From the UHGV virus genome UHGV-1362809: a stretch of DNA of 64,000 bases. One strand, 5' to 3'. A model generated the notes under the pieces. The model did not search any database. It was not told the DNA's origin and saw nothing but the letters and a program-made list of their open reading frames with translations. This document shows positions 47,067 to 57,278 of this stretch, one piece after another (position 1 is the first letter of the stretch; each line of letters begins with the position of its first letter). Both the position numbers and the translations under genes were made by a program. The DNA comes from a virus.

Positions 47067-48063
47067 TGATGGAATATGTATACATTTCTTTTCTTAAATC
47101 TGTCAAAAGTGCGTGTACATGAGGAGCTTTTTGTTGCCAATTCTTGCAGTCCTTCGTTATTTTTTCCCATAATTTATTACGGTCAGGACTCCAATAATAC
47201 TTGTTTACTTGTAATCCTTGCCCTTTTAGCATATTATCAAATACAAAACGATGCAACTCTAAAGCCTTGTTTATCAAACTGGAATAATCAGTTGTATTTG
47301 TTATGACTTCCATAACTACTTTGTAATTAGATTTATACAATCCAGCGATAAATCTTAATACTGATGTACTGTCTGTTGTTTTTAAGATATCCTGTACTGC
47401 TAATTTTAATCCTTTACTTGTTCCATCCCAACTATAGGATACTTGCTGCAACAACTGTAGACTTACACGAGGTTGTCCATTTGCAGCTTCCGCTATTTTT
47501 AACAGCGTTTCATCATCAATTTTTAGACCTTCTTTTTTGCACACTTTTTTAAGATTTGGTACTAACATATCTGGCGTTAGCTGTTCAAGGTTTATAACCG
47601 TGCAACGTCCATAAATCGTTTTTAATAGTTTATCCGGTTGGTCTGTACACAAAATAAAAATACAGTGCTCAGGAGGTTCCTCAATTACTTTAAGCAACGC
47701 ACTTGCCATTTGTTGAGTTGCCATGTGAATTTCGTCTAATATTACTATTTTGTATTCATATTGCATCGGTTTAAACTTGACGGACTGCGCTAAATTTCTA
47801 GCACTTTCAATACCACGTTCGTCGCCAATGTTAATTTCAATAATGTCAGAGCATTCTTCTCCTTTTGGTACTTTGTTTATTTCTCTAGATAATAAACGAG
47901 CTAATGACGTTTTACCGTTACCTGTCCCGCCAGTCAATAATAACGTGTGCGGATACTTATTTTTGGTAATCATACCTTGCAACGTCCGTCTTACGTTGTC
48001 ATAACAAATATACGAACTCAAGGATTTAGGTCTATATTTAACTGAGAATTGTGTCGTTGACAT
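47005..48063 (-). CDS. AAA+ clamp-loader subunit (gp44/RFC/DnaX-like)
   Basis: Walker A LLTGGTGNGKTSLA, Walker B VILDEIHM, sensor/SRC-like YGRCTV. Confidence 0.6.
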   Translation of the reverse strand: MSTTQFSVKYRPKSLSSYICYDNVRRTLQGMITKNKYPHTLLLTGGTGNGKTSLARLLSREINKVPKGEECSDIIEINIGDERGIESARNLAQSVKFKPMQYEYKIVILDEIHMATQQMASALLKVIEEPPEHCIFILCTDQPDKLLKTIYGRCTVINLEQLTPDMLVPNLKKVCKKEGLKIDDETLLKIAEAANGQPRVSLQLLQQVSYSWDGTSKGLKLAVQDILKTTDSTSVLRFIAGLYKSNYKVVMEVITNTTDYSSLINKALELHRFVFDNMLKGQGLQVNKYYWSPDRNKLWEKITKDCKNWQQKAPHVHALLTDLRKEMYTYSINEYHLYMSKVLLWMEENEEE

Positions 48064-48088
48064 TATACACTCCTTAAAATTTTTAAGT

Positions 48089-48514
48089 TTGAAATTATTT
48101 ACAATAATTTTAAATATAATAGGTATGTTTAAGAGGTATGTTATGTACGAGGAACTCGCAAGGGGTGTGTCTTTAAAACAGTGGAAGGCTATGACAGCCG
48201 TTCAAAAAAATGATTATTTGAGAATACACCCGAATAGTATATATGCCAAAAAAATAAAGGCTATACGGTTAGCCTTTCAACGTGGCATTGAACAAAATAG
48301 GATAAATGCTTTTCCTAAGTTTAACATTGTAAAAGTGGGTGAAACGTTTGAATACAGTTTAACCTTGCAAGGTAAGATACTTTTTAGTGGTACGAATTTT
48401 TATTCTGCCTCTGAAGCAGCGAAAGATTTAGTATCTAATTTACCCCAAGAGCAGTGGTTGCAAAACGGTATGCAAAATTTTCTTGACGACGTAAAAAGAC
48501 AATTTGGAGAATAA
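48089..48514 (+). CDS. hypothetical protein
   Basis: 141-aa ORF, first plus-strand gene after the strand switch. Confidence 0.4.
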   Translation: MKLFTIILNIIGMFKRYVMYEELARGVSLKQWKAMTAVQKNDYLRIHPNSIYAKKIKAIRLAFQRGIEQNRINAFPKFNIVKVGETFEYSLTLQGKILFSGTNFYSASEAAKDLVSNLPQEQWLQNGMQNFLDDVKRQFGE

Positions 48515-50219
48515 TATGTTGCAGTTAAATAGGTTGAAAGTATTGGCAATGTCGAAAGACTTGGAGAATAGCTTTATATCATACCTTAAATTTTTATCCT
48601 CTATTGTAGCCTCTCAAGCTGACTTGTCCATTCCTGACGAAAAAGTTGTTGATAAATGGATTGAGCAGTCTATGCCTTTTGTTGAGAACTCCGTTAAACA
48701 AAAAAGGTTTAACTTATTAAGAAAATATATGTATGACCACAATTCCCGTTGGGAACAGTACATAAATAATCTTGGTAATGAAATTAAGGATTCTATTCTT
48801 CCTTCTTTAGCTTATGATAGCTCTATACCTACTTCCTATCTTGACTTGTTGAAGTATTTTGGTGGTTATTTCAGGAACCTATCTGAATCACCTCTAAAAA
48901 ACATTATGCAAAAGTCTAATGTGTTGAATGATCCAAATGTTAGTAAAATTTTTACTTATGATGTCAGTACAACGCAAGACCAAGCTATTAAAAATGCAAC
49001 TCGTTTAGCTGAAAAAATACTGGGTAAAGGTGCTGATCCTAATATTCCTGCAGCTACGAAAAAAGAACTTCGTAAAAAATATGCCGATAATGATAAAATG
49101 TTGGATTTAATTAAGGAACAAACAAAAGCATATTCCGAAATTAAAAACATATATAAACAGCATTTATCCAATATTATTAGACGTTCAGGAAAACCTTACT
49201 TACCTGTTGAACAAGTAAAGAAACAGCTGGCAAAAGAAGGTATTGTGCGTCATACTATTCCAAAAGGTTTTGTGGGTAATGTTGGTGACGATGGCTCTTT
49301 GTACACGACAGAGGGTCTAAAAATTCAAGGCGTTCCTAACGGTTCAGTTCGTATGAATCCTGACTACGATCCTAAAAAAGATAATACATCAGTATTTTTG
49401 TCTGATGGTGATGGTACATTTAAAGAGGAACACGGTTACTACACCGTCCATTATAAAGATCGTGGAAGAAAACATAAATTTGAAACAGTGGAAAAAGTCA
49501 ATGAGGTAATCGACGGTGTACGGGAAAAGTGGCTGAAGAACTTGCACCGTTGGACAGGTGACCGTGCTAATGTCGCTTCCTTGATGATGGAAATTATGTA
49601 CAATGTTAGTTCTCGTATCGGTAGTGAAGGTGCTGCTACCGACGGTAAGCCCACTTTTGGTACTTCTACTTGGCGTGTTAAGCATATCAAATTTGATGGA
49701 GACCGTGCTATTATAAAGTACACAGGTAAAAAAGGTCAGCCTCTTAGACATGTTCTTGACCCAAATAAATTTCCTGAACATCGGTTAATCATAGATCGTC
49801 TTAAAAAACTGGTAAAAGATAAAAAACCGAATGACAGAGTTTTCACAGACAACAAGGGTAAACCTGTTACTGCTCCTATGGTAAATGCACAACTAAAAGC
49901 CTATGGTTGCCCTGCGACAGCACATAAGTTAAGACATGTCAAAGGTACTCGAATGGCTAAGAAGTTGTTTGCAAAATCCCCATTTGATAAACGTAAAAAC
50001 CCTCCAAAACAAGCAGAGGTAGACAAGTGGGTAAAAACAACTGTTGAAAAAATCGGTAAACAGCTCGGTCACCAAGTTACAAAGGCAGACGGTACTAAGA
50101 AAGTTCAATGGAGTACATCCATGAACAACTACATTTCACCTTCCGTTGTGAAAGACTTTTATAATAGAATTGGAGTACATATACCCAAGTTCTTAGAGAA
50201 GTTAAAGGAAGAGGACTAA
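48504..50219 (+). CDS. tyrosine-recombinase / topoisomerase-IB-fold protein (integrase or protelomerase-like)
   Basis: ATAHKLRHVKGTRMA (HxxR box) ... KQLGHQV ... SMNNYISPS (candidate Tyr nucleophile). Likely true start is M5 at 48516, after the GGAG RBS. Confidence 0.35.
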   Translation: MENNMLQLNRLKVLAMSKDLENSFISYLKFLSSIVASQADLSIPDEKVVDKWIEQSMPFVENSVKQKRFNLLRKYMYDHNSRWEQYINNLGNEIKDSILPSLAYDSSIPTSYLDLLKYFGGYFRNLSESPLKNIMQKSNVLNDPNVSKIFTYDVSTTQDQAIKNATRLAEKILGKGADPNIPAATKKELRKKYADNDKMLDLIKEQTKAYSEIKNIYKQHLSNIIRRSGKPYLPVEQVKKQLAKEGIVRHTIPKGFVGNVGDDGSLYTTEGLKIQGVPNGSVRMNPDYDPKKDNTSVFLSDGDGTFKEEHGYYTVHYKDRGRKHKFETVEKVNEVIDGVREKWLKNLHRWTGDRANVASLMMEIMYNVSSRIGSEGAATDGKPTFGTSTWRVKHIKFDGDRAIIKYTGKKGQPLRHVLDPNKFPEHRLIIDRLKKLVKDKKPNDRVFTDNKGKPVTAPMVNAQLKAYGCPATAHKLRHVKGTRMAKKLFAKSPFDKRKNPPKQAEVDKWVKTTVEKIGKQLGHQVTKADGTKKVQWSTSMNNYISPSVVKDFYNRIGVHIPKFLEKLKEED

Positions 50220-50381
50220 TTACTTGTTGACTGTTTCCTGAAAGGATGCTAACTATTTACGCCCTACGTTGAAGGATTATTTTAGGGTTGTAAATAAAGT
50301 GTCCAAAGATAGGAACTGGGCAACAAGACCGTTGTTAAAATCAGTTGTTAAGTTCTAATCAATTTACTAAGGAAGAATATA

Positions 50382-51914
50382 ATGACAGAAGTTATAAAGG
50401 GTAATTTAGTAGACCCTTCAAGTTTAGACGTTTCTAAACTAAATAGTGAAGCTTTGGTTGCTAACATACAAAGTTCAGGTGTGCCTCTTGGTGGCGGTAG
50501 TTTGGTTTCTGGTAGTTCTGTATACTGGGGTAAAAGTGGTAATTCCTTGTTAGTGGATACTCCTACTACTCTGCAAATTGTATATTCTATGGGAGTAAAA
50601 TGGTTAAAACCATTAGCTTCCTTTAGAGAGGACTTGGCACCTTTATACTATTACAACGTATACAAATCAGGTGATAAAAACTACGCCAATTTATCCGTTG
50701 GGGCTATATACAACATAACTACTTCTAAAGTCATAGACTTACAAACTGTACGAGCTAAGCTAAATACAAATGACCTATACATACAGGATATATACACCGT
50801 TGACATAAGTTCTTTATCTGGCTGCGGTTCAGATAGTACTATGGGAGACAGTATTATAGTTTATGTACAGTCTTTACCAAGTACAAAAGATTCTGTTGTA
50901 GATTTGAGTATTTCCCGCAAGTGTAATCTTAGAGACTTACCATATCAACATGGAGACTCTACTGCTGTTGAATATACAGGTGTGGATGGCATTATGAGTT
51001 ATGGTCTTAAGCTCGGTAGTTTGTCTACAACGTCTAACTTTGAAGTAGAATTAGACGTAGATACTTCTAAGAATTGTACTTTGTTTTCGAGTGATAATCT
51101 TATACGTCTTGAGATAAAAAATGGAAAAATTACTGGTGTGATTGGCGGTCACAATACTGTTAATAATGCCACAGCAATAGATACCATTTATATCAATACA
51201 GAAAACTATGGTGGATCAGCACAGTATTTTACTGTTGATGCAGACTTAAATGGAAAGCGTACTTATAAATGGGTTAGTTCTCCCATTCAGGAGAACCATA
51301 CAGTATCTCGTTGGCAAGTAAAACGTGTTTCTGATAATAAACTATTTTGGACAGATACAGAAAAATCAAGTACCGCAACGGATGATAAGGTTCCTGAAGG
51401 TTGTACTATATATGAAGACGTTTATACTTATACTGTGTGCTGTACGGCAAAAGCAGACCAGTTTGTTTATGTCTCTCCTGCAGTCCAAGGTGAGATAACA
51501 TATACAGTTCAAAATCACATTTATTGTTATAATGGTCAGCAACAGTTATTTGATATAAGTTTCAAATTACATAGACCCTTAGTGTGCGACATATATTGTC
51601 TTAACAGCACCTACAAAATTGGTGACTCCCATAATGTTGTGCTGGTAAATGCTTCTAATAATGGAATATCCTTACCAGAATTTTGGACATTGTACGACGT
51701 GCCTGAACAAAAAAAGTTATTGAATGACGGCACTTATTTGGTGTTAGCTGACAATATTACGACAACAAATTATATAATAGTTGCTAAATCTGATTGTAAG
51801 AGAGATCCTGATGGTCTGTGGGTAAATGGTGTTGTTAGTTCCAAAATAATTGTTGGTTCCTTTGACGTTGTAGCTAATGCTATTGTAAGTGCCTTTAAAT
51901 ATAGTCAGGTGTAA
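50382..51914 (+). CDS. hypothetical protein, possibly virion/tail-associated
   Basis: 510 aa, Ser/Thr/Gly/Val-rich, lies just upstream of the sigma factor and tail-fibre genes. Confidence 0.35.
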   Translation: MTEVIKGNLVDPSSLDVSKLNSEALVANIQSSGVPLGGGSLVSGSSVYWGKSGNSLLVDTPTTLQIVYSMGVKWLKPLASFREDLAPLYYYNVYKSGDKNYANLSVGAIYNITTSKVIDLQTVRAKLNTNDLYIQDIYTVDISSLSGCGSDSTMGDSIIVYVQSLPSTKDSVVDLSISRKCNLRDLPYQHGDSTAVEYTGVDGIMSYGLKLGSLSTTSNFEVELDVDTSKNCTLFSSDNLIRLEIKNGKITGVIGGHNTVNNATAIDTIYINTENYGGSAQYFTVDADLNGKRTYKWVSSPIQENHTVSRWQVKRVSDNKLFWTDTEKSSTATDDKVPEGCTIYEDVYTYTVCCTAKADQFVYVSPAVQGEITYTVQNHIYCYNGQQQLFDISFKLHRPLVCDIYCLNSTYKIGDSHNVVLVNASNNGISLPEFWTLYDVPEQKKLLNDGTYLVLADNITTTNYIIVAKSDCKRDPDGLWVNGVVSSKIIVGSFDVVANAIVSAFKYSQV

Positions 51915-51916
51915 TT

Positions 51917-52681
51917 ATGACTACTTACGTAGATAGACAGACTTTGCAAACTCAGCTAACAAATTTTGTGTTTCCTGACCTACTGCAAGGATCTATAAAA
52001 AGTATATTTGGAAGAATTAAAAATATTCCATCTCTTACAAAAGAGGACGCCAACTGGTTAATATCTATCAATAGTAAACAGTCTAGAGATTTGCTCGTTT
52101 ATTACAATGCTAGAATTTTGTATAGATGGGCATATAGTTTCTCTAAAGGTAATATACACTGGTTTAAAGATATTTTTACTGCGGGAATTTGTCATTTATT
52201 AGAACTAACGGAACGTTGGGACGTTTCTAAAGACTGTTCCTTTATTACATTTTTATACAACTATACATACACATCAGTAAGAATTAGCTTTTTGAAGGAA
52301 CTCAACGTTGTAAAGCCTTCAAATCAGTACTTGGTTGGTAACACTAATGCACAGCCTCCTTCATATAAGGACTTTTCTCATACTAATCCAATGGTGCAAT
52401 ATGATATGGAAAGATATATTGATTATAGGCGTGCAAAGGGCAGAATAAGAGATTTTATTAGTACCCTTCCTACTAGACATAGAAACATACTTACTGACTA
52501 CTTTAACGGGCTATCCTGTGCTGAAATTTCTCGGAACCTTAATGTTTCCCGACAAGCAGTACATGCTATTATTACCAAATACAAGAATAAATTAAAAAAA
52601 GAGGTTGTAAATGTCAAACAACTTAAATCCAAAAATAATGAAACCTGTTCCTGCAACAGAAGAGAGTATGCAGCAGGTTAA
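51917..52681 (+). CDS. sigma-70-family sigma factor
   Basis: Region-4 HTH LPTRHRNILTDYFNGLSCAEISRNLNVSRQAVHAIITKYKNKL; region-2-like FKDIFTAGICHLLELTERWD. Confidence 0.5.
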   Translation: MTTYVDRQTLQTQLTNFVFPDLLQGSIKSIFGRIKNIPSLTKEDANWLISINSKQSRDLLVYYNARILYRWAYSFSKGNIHWFKDIFTAGICHLLELTERWDVSKDCSFITFLYNYTYTSVRISFLKELNVVKPSNQYLVGNTNAQPPSYKDFSHTNPMVQYDMERYIDYRRAKGRIRDFISTLPTRHRNILTDYFNGLSCAEISRNLNVSRQAVHAIITKYKNKLKKEVVNVKQLKSKNNETCSCNRREYAAG

Positions 52682-53300
52682 AGACACACTTCAAACCAAG
52701 GCTAATGCTTCTGATGTAGTAGACCTTACTTCTGAACAAACTATTAGCGGTTTGAAGACTTTTAATGCAAACGTTACTTTAAGCGGTACGAATGTCACCC
52801 GTACATCTACCTTAGCTGACGATGATAATAGTACTGAAATACCAACGACTGCTTGGGTAACTAAAAAAGTTAGTTCTGGCGGTAGTACTCTTCCCGATAA
52901 TATACAGTGTAAATCCTTAGAAGCTACTGAATGGCAATCTGACCTTACGTCTATTGCCTTCGCAGGTAACTTGGTTTATACTGGGGACGCAGGAAACGGT
53001 AGTCTTGGTACTTTTACCATCAATAGAATAGAATCAAAAGGCGGTTATTTTAGGTTTAATAATGGGGAATTAGCCTTGGGTGGTGTTAGCAGTGAAGTGT
53101 TTTTAGCTTCTACACAGTCTCAAGCTGATGGTTTGCCCAGAGTTAATGCCAACTGTAAAATGTATTGTTCAGAAACACCTTCCGTGACAGATAATTCCAC
53201 GCAGGTTGTTAATACTGCATACATAAACAATAAATTTAAAGCCGTTTCTGTTGAACCCGCTGAAAAAGAAGAAGGTGTGTTTTATTTTGTCAGAGAGTAA
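52611..53300 (+). CDS. tail fibre protein (conserved N-terminal tail-fibre motif)
   Basis: DLTSEQTISGLKTFNANVTLSG ... IPTTAWVTKKV is typical of phage tail-fibre N-termini; the real start is probably M at 52668 (MQQVKD). Confidence 0.5.
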   Translation: MSNNLNPKIMKPVPATEESMQQVKDTLQTKANASDVVDLTSEQTISGLKTFNANVTLSGTNVTRTSTLADDDNSTEIPTTAWVTKKVSSGGSTLPDNIQCKSLEATEWQSDLTSIAFAGNLVYTGDAGNGSLGTFTINRIESKGGYFRFNNGELALGGVSSEVFLASTQSQADGLPRVNANCKMYCSETPSVTDNSTQVVNTAYINNKFKAVSVEPAEKEEGVFYFVRE

Positions 53301-53317
53301 TTAATGTGAGGAAATAA

Positions 53318-53794
53318 ATGAAATATAAATACAATCAAGTAATAGAATATCAGGACTGCACTCTCGATAAAAATTTTGAGGAAGCATGTTCTTGGGCTCG
53401 GTCTAACGGTACGTCTTTCGAGGAGGACATTGACGCCCGTGTTCGGGTAGAAAAAGAATTTATGGACGAGTTTGGTAATAAATCTACCAAAAAAGTGTTG
53501 ATGCGCTATTTTAAAATCGGTTCCAAGCCTGTTGTATATGTTGAAACTGAAGAAGAAATAATAGCTCGTAAACAGTCCCGAGTTCGTCAGATAAGAGACC
53601 AGTATTTGAATGACTGCCAGGATAGAGTAGACCGCTTCCGCAACCAAAATGATGCTGGTATTACCACTACTGATTCTACTGATACATTTAAACATTTGTT
53701 AGAATATATGGAAGTTTTACGCAACTTCCCACAACAGCCTAACTGGTGGGAAGCTAATCCTTTGACTTTTGAAGAATACACAAAAACTGAATAA
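53318..53794 (+). CDS. hypothetical protein (downstream of tail fibre)
   Basis: 158-aa ORF. Confidence 0.4.
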   Translation: MKYKYNQVIEYQDCTLDKNFEEACSWARSNGTSFEEDIDARVRVEKEFMDEFGNKSTKKVLMRYFKIGSKPVVYVETEEEIIARKQSRVRQIRDQYLNDCQDRVDRFRNQNDAGITTTDSTDTFKHLLEYMEVLRNFPQQPNWWEANPLTFEEYTKTE

Positions 53795-54270
53795 ATCAAA
53801 TACATCCTTTTTTAAACCCAAGGTGAAGTATAAAGGAATATAAAAATATGGGTATATTGCTAAGACCAGTATTGCAAAGTGAGGACATACATAAATACCC
53901 TACTACTGCTACTACTGATATTACTGGTACAATATGCCAAAATTTTACTAAAAATATACCCGCAGACCAATACACACTACAGCATAATTTGTGTTCGCAC
54001 ATATTTAGATACTATTATACTGATAATTCGCTAGATACAAACTGGCTTATTTTTGGTTGGTATTTTTAGGAGATGTATAATTACTTTGGGTTAGATATAT
54101 TGGTATGAAATATATTGGTATTTGAGATATATGGGTATTTTGTAGAGTATTGTGGTAGTATTATAGCAACATATACGCTGGAATATATTTACAAATAAGG
54201 TTAAGTTAGGGGTATATACATATAATAGGGTGTACAAAGGGCGCAGTGATTTAAGTGGTATATTCAGATA

Positions 54271-54412
54271 ATACTGTCATACTGTCATATTGGCATATTG
54301 GCATACTGTCATATTGGCATATTGGCGTACTGTAATACTAATACTGTAATACTGATATATGGTCTATTACTGATATACTGGCATACTGGCATACTGGCAT
54401 ATTGGCATATTG
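54271..54412. repeat. about 18 tandem copies of an 8-bp unit A(C/T)TG(G/T)CAT
   Basis: ACTGTCAT / ATTGGCAT / ACTGGCAT units, read directly. Confidence 0.8.
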
Positions 54413-54780
54413 ATTATATTTTCGCTATGTTCCTCATCATTTTATTCCTTATTATATTCCGGAAAATTAATTACCTAATTACCTTAAATTATACCCATAT
54501 AATAAAAAGATATACCTAAATATGTCGATATACTCCACACACCGAATACTATAGCGAGTTATACAAAATAGAGTGTGTACATAAATAGATTATTACCCTA
54601 TATGTATGGACTAATCGAGTAAATCGGGTTGTATGTTAGCTATTATATGTATGATGTATATTAGAACATTTTGACGTATATTGGATATATTGATATGCGT
54701 AAATACTTGGAACAAACAACGTCTGGTTTATTCGGCATATTATACAGCTGCATATTTATGATATATTTGTGATACTGTTA

Positions 54781-54850
54781 GAATGTAAGAATGTATGAAT
54801 ATATGTATGAATAAGCGAATATACGAATATATGTATGAATAAATGTCTAA
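54781..54850. repeat. imperfect direct repeats of GAATATATGTATGAATAA
   Basis: Read directly. Confidence 0.6.
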
Positions 54851-54885
54851 ATACCAAACGTATTAAGATACGCCAATACTAAACA

Positions 54886-55052
54886 AATATATGTCAAAAT
54901 ATATGCTAAAATATGCCAAAATATATGCTAAAATATGTCAAAATATATGCTAAAATATGCCAAAATATATGCTAAAATATGTCAAAATATATGCTAAAAT
55001 ATGCCAAAATATATGCTAAAATATGTCAAAATATGCTAAAATATGTCAAAAT
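54886..55052. repeat. about 7.5 tandem copies of a 22-bp unit ATATGCTAAAATATG(C/T)CAAAAT, alternating C/T variants
   Basis: Read directly. Confidence 0.85.
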
Positions 55053-55080
55053 GACACACAAAATCGCACGTTGTTACGTT

Positions 55081-55215
55081 GACCCCCCCCCCTACCCAGA
55101 AATACCCAGAATATGCTGGATACAGTAGGTATGGAGATATGAGACTTATAGGCGTACACGGTGGACACAGGGGGATATGGGGGATACAGTAGGTATGGGG
55201 GATATGGAAGGTATG
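55081..55215. repeat. C10 homopolymer followed by repeated GATACAGTAGGTATGGxGATATG / GGGGGATATGG units
   Basis: Read directly. Confidence 0.7.
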
Positions 55216-55526
55216 GTTAAACTTCCTACCAGATGCTGGAGTTTGGTATAAATATCCATATAAACACCGATATAAATGCCCATATTTAGTAGAGATGCCC
55301 ATATAAATGCCAATATTAGGGTATAAGCGATAGAACTTGCGTTAAAATCTATAATTTTATGGTATATATGGTATGTATACGGTAGACATGTGAGAATATG
55401 CCGTATATGTAGAGTGTATGGTTGTGTGGGGATATGTAGAATATATAAGGTAAATATATGTTAAGAATTCTGCAAAATATACTGCAAAGTATTTCTAAAT
55501 TTATTAAATTCTTACAGGAGAAAATA

Positions 55527-56264
55527 ATGCCAATTTTTAATATTTCCAAGGTTGGATCCGTTAATAGTGGATCCGACGTAATTTCCAAGGTGTACGCTGG
55601 ATCAGATTTGGTGTACAGTGCAGTACAGCCAAATGGTTATTTGTTTAGAGATCTTGACGATACAACAGGTACTTTGAGTGCAGCTACTGGTGAACTGGAA
55701 GATGCATCGGAGATTACTGAAATACCAGATCATGGTTTGTATTATGGTTTTTATGAATGTACTGGTCTTACTGGTAGTGTTTCATTTCCTAATTTAACAA
55801 GTGTGGCAGATTATGGTATGAATTATGGTTTTTATGGATGTACTGGTCTTACTGGTAGTGTATCATTTCCTAGCCTTACAAGTATAGAAAGTAATGGTAT
55901 GGAGTATTGCTTTTATAGATGTACTGGTCTAACTGGTAGTGTATCATTTCCTAATTTAACAAGTGTAGCATTTATTGGTTTGAGTAGTTGTTTTAAAGGT
56001 TGCACAGGTTTAACTGGTAGTGTATCATTTCCTAGCCTTACAAGTATAGAAAGTAGAAGTATGATGCACTGTTTTATGGGTTGTACTGGTCTAACTGGTA
56101 GTGTATCATTTCCTAGCCTAACAAGTATAGGAGACTATGGTATGAATAATTGTTTTAGCAATACCAGTGTTACACAAGTACATTTTAAATCCTCCCTATC
56201 AGGAAATACACAGTGTACAGCTTCTAACCTTGGTATTACTGGTAATGTATATTTCGACCTTTAA
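55527..56264 (+). CDS. BspA-type leucine-rich-repeat protein
   Basis: Six tandem ~23-aa units CFxGCTGLTGSVSFP(S/N)LTSI. Start chosen at M24 of the ORF, after the AGGAG RBS. Confidence 0.55.
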   Translation: MPIFNISKVGSVNSGSDVISKVYAGSDLVYSAVQPNGYLFRDLDDTTGTLSAATGELEDASEITEIPDHGLYYGFYECTGLTGSVSFPNLTSVADYGMNYGFYGCTGLTGSVSFPSLTSIESNGMEYCFYRCTGLTGSVSFPNLTSVAFIGLSSCFKGCTGLTGSVSFPSLTSIESRSMMHCFMGCTGLTGSVSFPSLTSIGDYGMNNCFSNTSVTQVHFKSSLSGNTQCTASNLGITGNVYFDL

Positions 56265-56430
56265 CTTTAAATTCCTGTAAGCCTGCTTAACAGGTTTTTG
56301 TGAATCCATATATGAATTCTTGTAAATACCTGTTGCAAGTGGTGATTTGACTATATCCACTTAGCCTCTTAATCGAGTATCTAAACCGTTGTCAACTGTG
56401 CTTGCGGTTAGGTAAACAGGAGAATATATC

Positions 56431-57270
56431 ATGTATAATAGTATAGGCGCAGACCTTAACTTTATAGAGGAGATGGACTTGCTAAAGTCTGTTGGTAACA
56501 AGGAGATTGTTAAACAGGTAGTTGGTTCTAACTGTCCTTCAAACCCGTCCAAACCGTTTGTGCGAATGACTGCAGCTGGAAGAGAACACTTCAACAATTT
56601 TGTCCATAATCGTATCCTGAATAAGGACTATGCAACTATTAGTCAGCTGTTTGATTGTTTTCTCAACTGGTGTAAATGGACTAATTGCGATGTGTCCTTT
56701 AAGTGGTACGCAAGTAACTACGCCGCCAAGTACAAAGGTAAGTTTGGCGGTGTGTCTAAGGCTTTTTACAAGGCTTTTCATGCGGACATACTTGATAGCG
56801 ACTTGTTTTTGGAAGATGGTAAGGTGCTTAGTATACCCTCTACCAGTGATGGTAATTGGGTACGGTCAGGCGAGTTTGACACGGGAATGCATAACACGAA
56901 TAACATTTGTATAGCGTCCCGTAAATGTTATGACGTTACCAACTGGGAGTCCTTTAACACGATTGAGTCCTGCGGTACGGTATATGATCTAGAAGAACCT
57001 TACCACCTTACGATTGAACAACAGGACGATAGGTCGTTTGTTACCATTAGGCTTTTGACTCGAGAACCTTTAGATGTAGCCAAAATTGAAAAAGATGGCT
57101 TAGATATAAATAACTATAGTTGCAAGGTACGGTTGCTTGAATTTAGTCGTATAAAAGGCGACGTTCCCTGTTGGACGTTTGACGTGACTGAATGGGATGG
57201 ACATCCGATGACAGCTGTTGCCTTTGTGTCTAATGTGCGTTTTGACTTTGATACCGAGTATCGTTTGTGA
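56431..57270 (+). CDS. hypothetical protein
   Basis: 279-aa ORF. Confidence 0.4.
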   Translation: MYNSIGADLNFIEEMDLLKSVGNKEIVKQVVGSNCPSNPSKPFVRMTAAGREHFNNFVHNRILNKDYATISQLFDCFLNWCKWTNCDVSFKWYASNYAAKYKGKFGGVSKAFYKAFHADILDSDLFLEDGKVLSIPSTSDGNWVRSGEFDTGMHNTNNICIASRKCYDVTNWESFNTIESCGTVYDLEEPYHLTIEQQDDRSFVTIRLLTREPLDVAKIEKDGLDINNYSCKVRLLEFSRIKGDVPCWTFDVTEWDGHPMTAVAFVSNVRFDFDTEYRL

Positions 57271-57278
57271 GGCTTATA

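Noticed and set aside
53282-53695. Minus-strand 137-aa ORF
   Set aside because: Fully antisense to the better-supported plus-strand gene 53318..53794 in a plus-strand block; hydrophobic low-complexity translation.
54886-55052. Regular 22-bp repeat array considered as a CRISPR array
   Set aside because: Repeats are directly tandem with no unique spacers, and there are no cas genes.
54298-55588. ORFs 54298..54519 (+), 55036..55302 (-), 55349..55588 (-)
   Set aside because: They lie inside tandem-repeat DNA or antisense to the BspA-LRR gene leader. The translations are repeat-derived.
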